In this document: positions 62,845-64,000 of the stretch, piece after piece | Position numbering within the stretch: position 1 is the stretch's first letter | How the letters are laid out: each line of letters opens with the position of its first letter | DNA from: Acanthaster planci | Taxonomy: Eukaryota | Direction: 5' to 3' | Assembly: GCF_001949145.1 (NCBI RefSeq) | Contig: NW_019091358.1 | Coordinates: forward strand, 1 to 64,000 | Length of the DNA stretch: 64,000 bases | Program-made: the position numbers and the translations under genes | The notes under the pieces: generated by a model | What the model was told of the DNA's origin: nothing | Databases searched by the model: none | What the model saw: the letters and a program-made list of their open reading frames with translations, nothing else

Positions 62845-63389
62845 CCACTTGCTGCCGGGGACCCACTTTCGAGCACATACGCTTTATACACAGAGCCGGG
62901 GGCTGCTCGAAACCGGGACAAAAGAGTTAAGCCTTGTAACAAAACACTGTGCTTGACACAAAAGCTGAGCTGTTGGGCATTACCGGCATTTCTTCACTTT
63001 CAGTAGTGGAGATAATCCAGCCTTGTTTTGAAACAGTATACCACTGTTTGGGGCATTTAGAGCAAGCGGATTACCACTGGGGACAAAAGTGCTCCATCAC
63101 CGCAGGGATGAGCTGTAGATGAGCCACACAGCACCGCTGCACGCTAATCTGGCCCCTATTGAAAAGAGGTCAGCAGCGCACTGTGCCAGGTGTGTAAACA
63201 GAAGAAAGTTATAAAACACTGCACAATCTGGGCTTTTATTACAAGGCTGCAGGCCTTGGGTATAAACGTGGGGGTATAAACGTCCGTTAAATGAAATAAT
63301 GAATTTTTGAAGAATTTTGAAAACTGAAAATCTTGAAAATGACTCGTATGTGGGCACTGCATTTTTCAAAGCACCCCCGCAGCAAGTGG
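62845..63389. mobile_element. piggyBac-type MITE, inverted relative to 55129-55703
   Basis: TGAA|CCACTTGCTGCCGGGG ... CCCCGCAGCAAGTGG|TTAA. Confidence 0.8.
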
Positions 63390-63605
63390 TTAAAGGTAAT
63401 TAACTTTAAAAGATTTGTGTGGTATCATGTATGTCACACTTAGCTTGAATTTTTGTTGCATTGAAATGGAATGTTTTAAAACAAAACAAATAATATTCAT
63501 AGTATTCTGAAAGGTCCCTATGTTTATTAACAAGAACACAACATGTTATAGTTGTATAAAAATGATTTATTTATGTGAACAGCATCATAAACATTTTTCC
63601 TTTAG

Positions 63606-63761
63606 GCTACAGTTGTGAAAAAGAAGATGTACTACAATATGCGCATCAAAACACTTCAGCGTATACAAGCAGACATGATACATCGCATCACTCGAGAGAA
63701 GCGGCATCTTACACATGGCACCAAGGACAGACTGAGAACTCTAAGCTTTAAAATTAAAGAG
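63606..63761 (+). CDS. LRRC9: LRRC9 coding exon (156 nt, phase 0/0)
   Basis: TTTAG|GCT...GAG|GTACTT. ATVVKKKMYYNMRIKTLQRIQADMIHRITREKRHLTHGTKDRLRTLSFKIKE; KK.MYYNMRIKTLQR is conserved in LRRC9. Confidence 0.93.
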
Positions 63762-64000
63762 GTACTTTTCAGAATGTGATTAGTTTCATTTAATCATTGC
63801 ATTATAAAATGCTCTTTTAGTTTCCTTGCTGAATCTTCAGACATTGCCTTGCTGTGACTGGAGTTTTTAATCCCTCAAAGGCAAGTGTTTACATTTTCTC
63901 TTTGCTTTTGGGGCCTCAGTTTCTTTTTCAGACAAGAACATGTGCTTTTTATCATTCTGTAATGAGGATTTGCCCTTGGAAAAGTGTATTCTTTTGTTGC

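Overview
Animal (probably marine invertebrate) genomic DNA. Six coding exons of an LRRC9 orthologue (+ strand, 21119-63761; first coding exon not located, gene continues past the window) are spread over large, transposon-filled introns. Upstream are two Penelope-like retroelement remnants, one followed by a hammerhead-ribozyme motif. There is also a 5.8 kb internally deleted Polinton/Maverick (adintovirus-like) remnant at 8450-14208, with terminal inverted repeat cores and about seven decayed virus-like genes. The 19 kb intron at 22038-41015 holds a piggyBac, a DIRS element, a complete Transib (RAG1-like) transposon nested in the DIRS gag region (CACAGTG termini, 5-bp TSD), an RTE LINE fragment and a Gypsy fragment. 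Other observations: TACATGTA is strongly over-represented and occurs as in-frame 6-bp insertions in dead ORFs (candidate Tc1/mariner excision footprints); four repeat pairs are inverted around LRRC9 exons; an 83-bp hairpin element has a 10-bp TSD and a visible empty site. All family assignments come from motif recognition by eye; no database searches were run.
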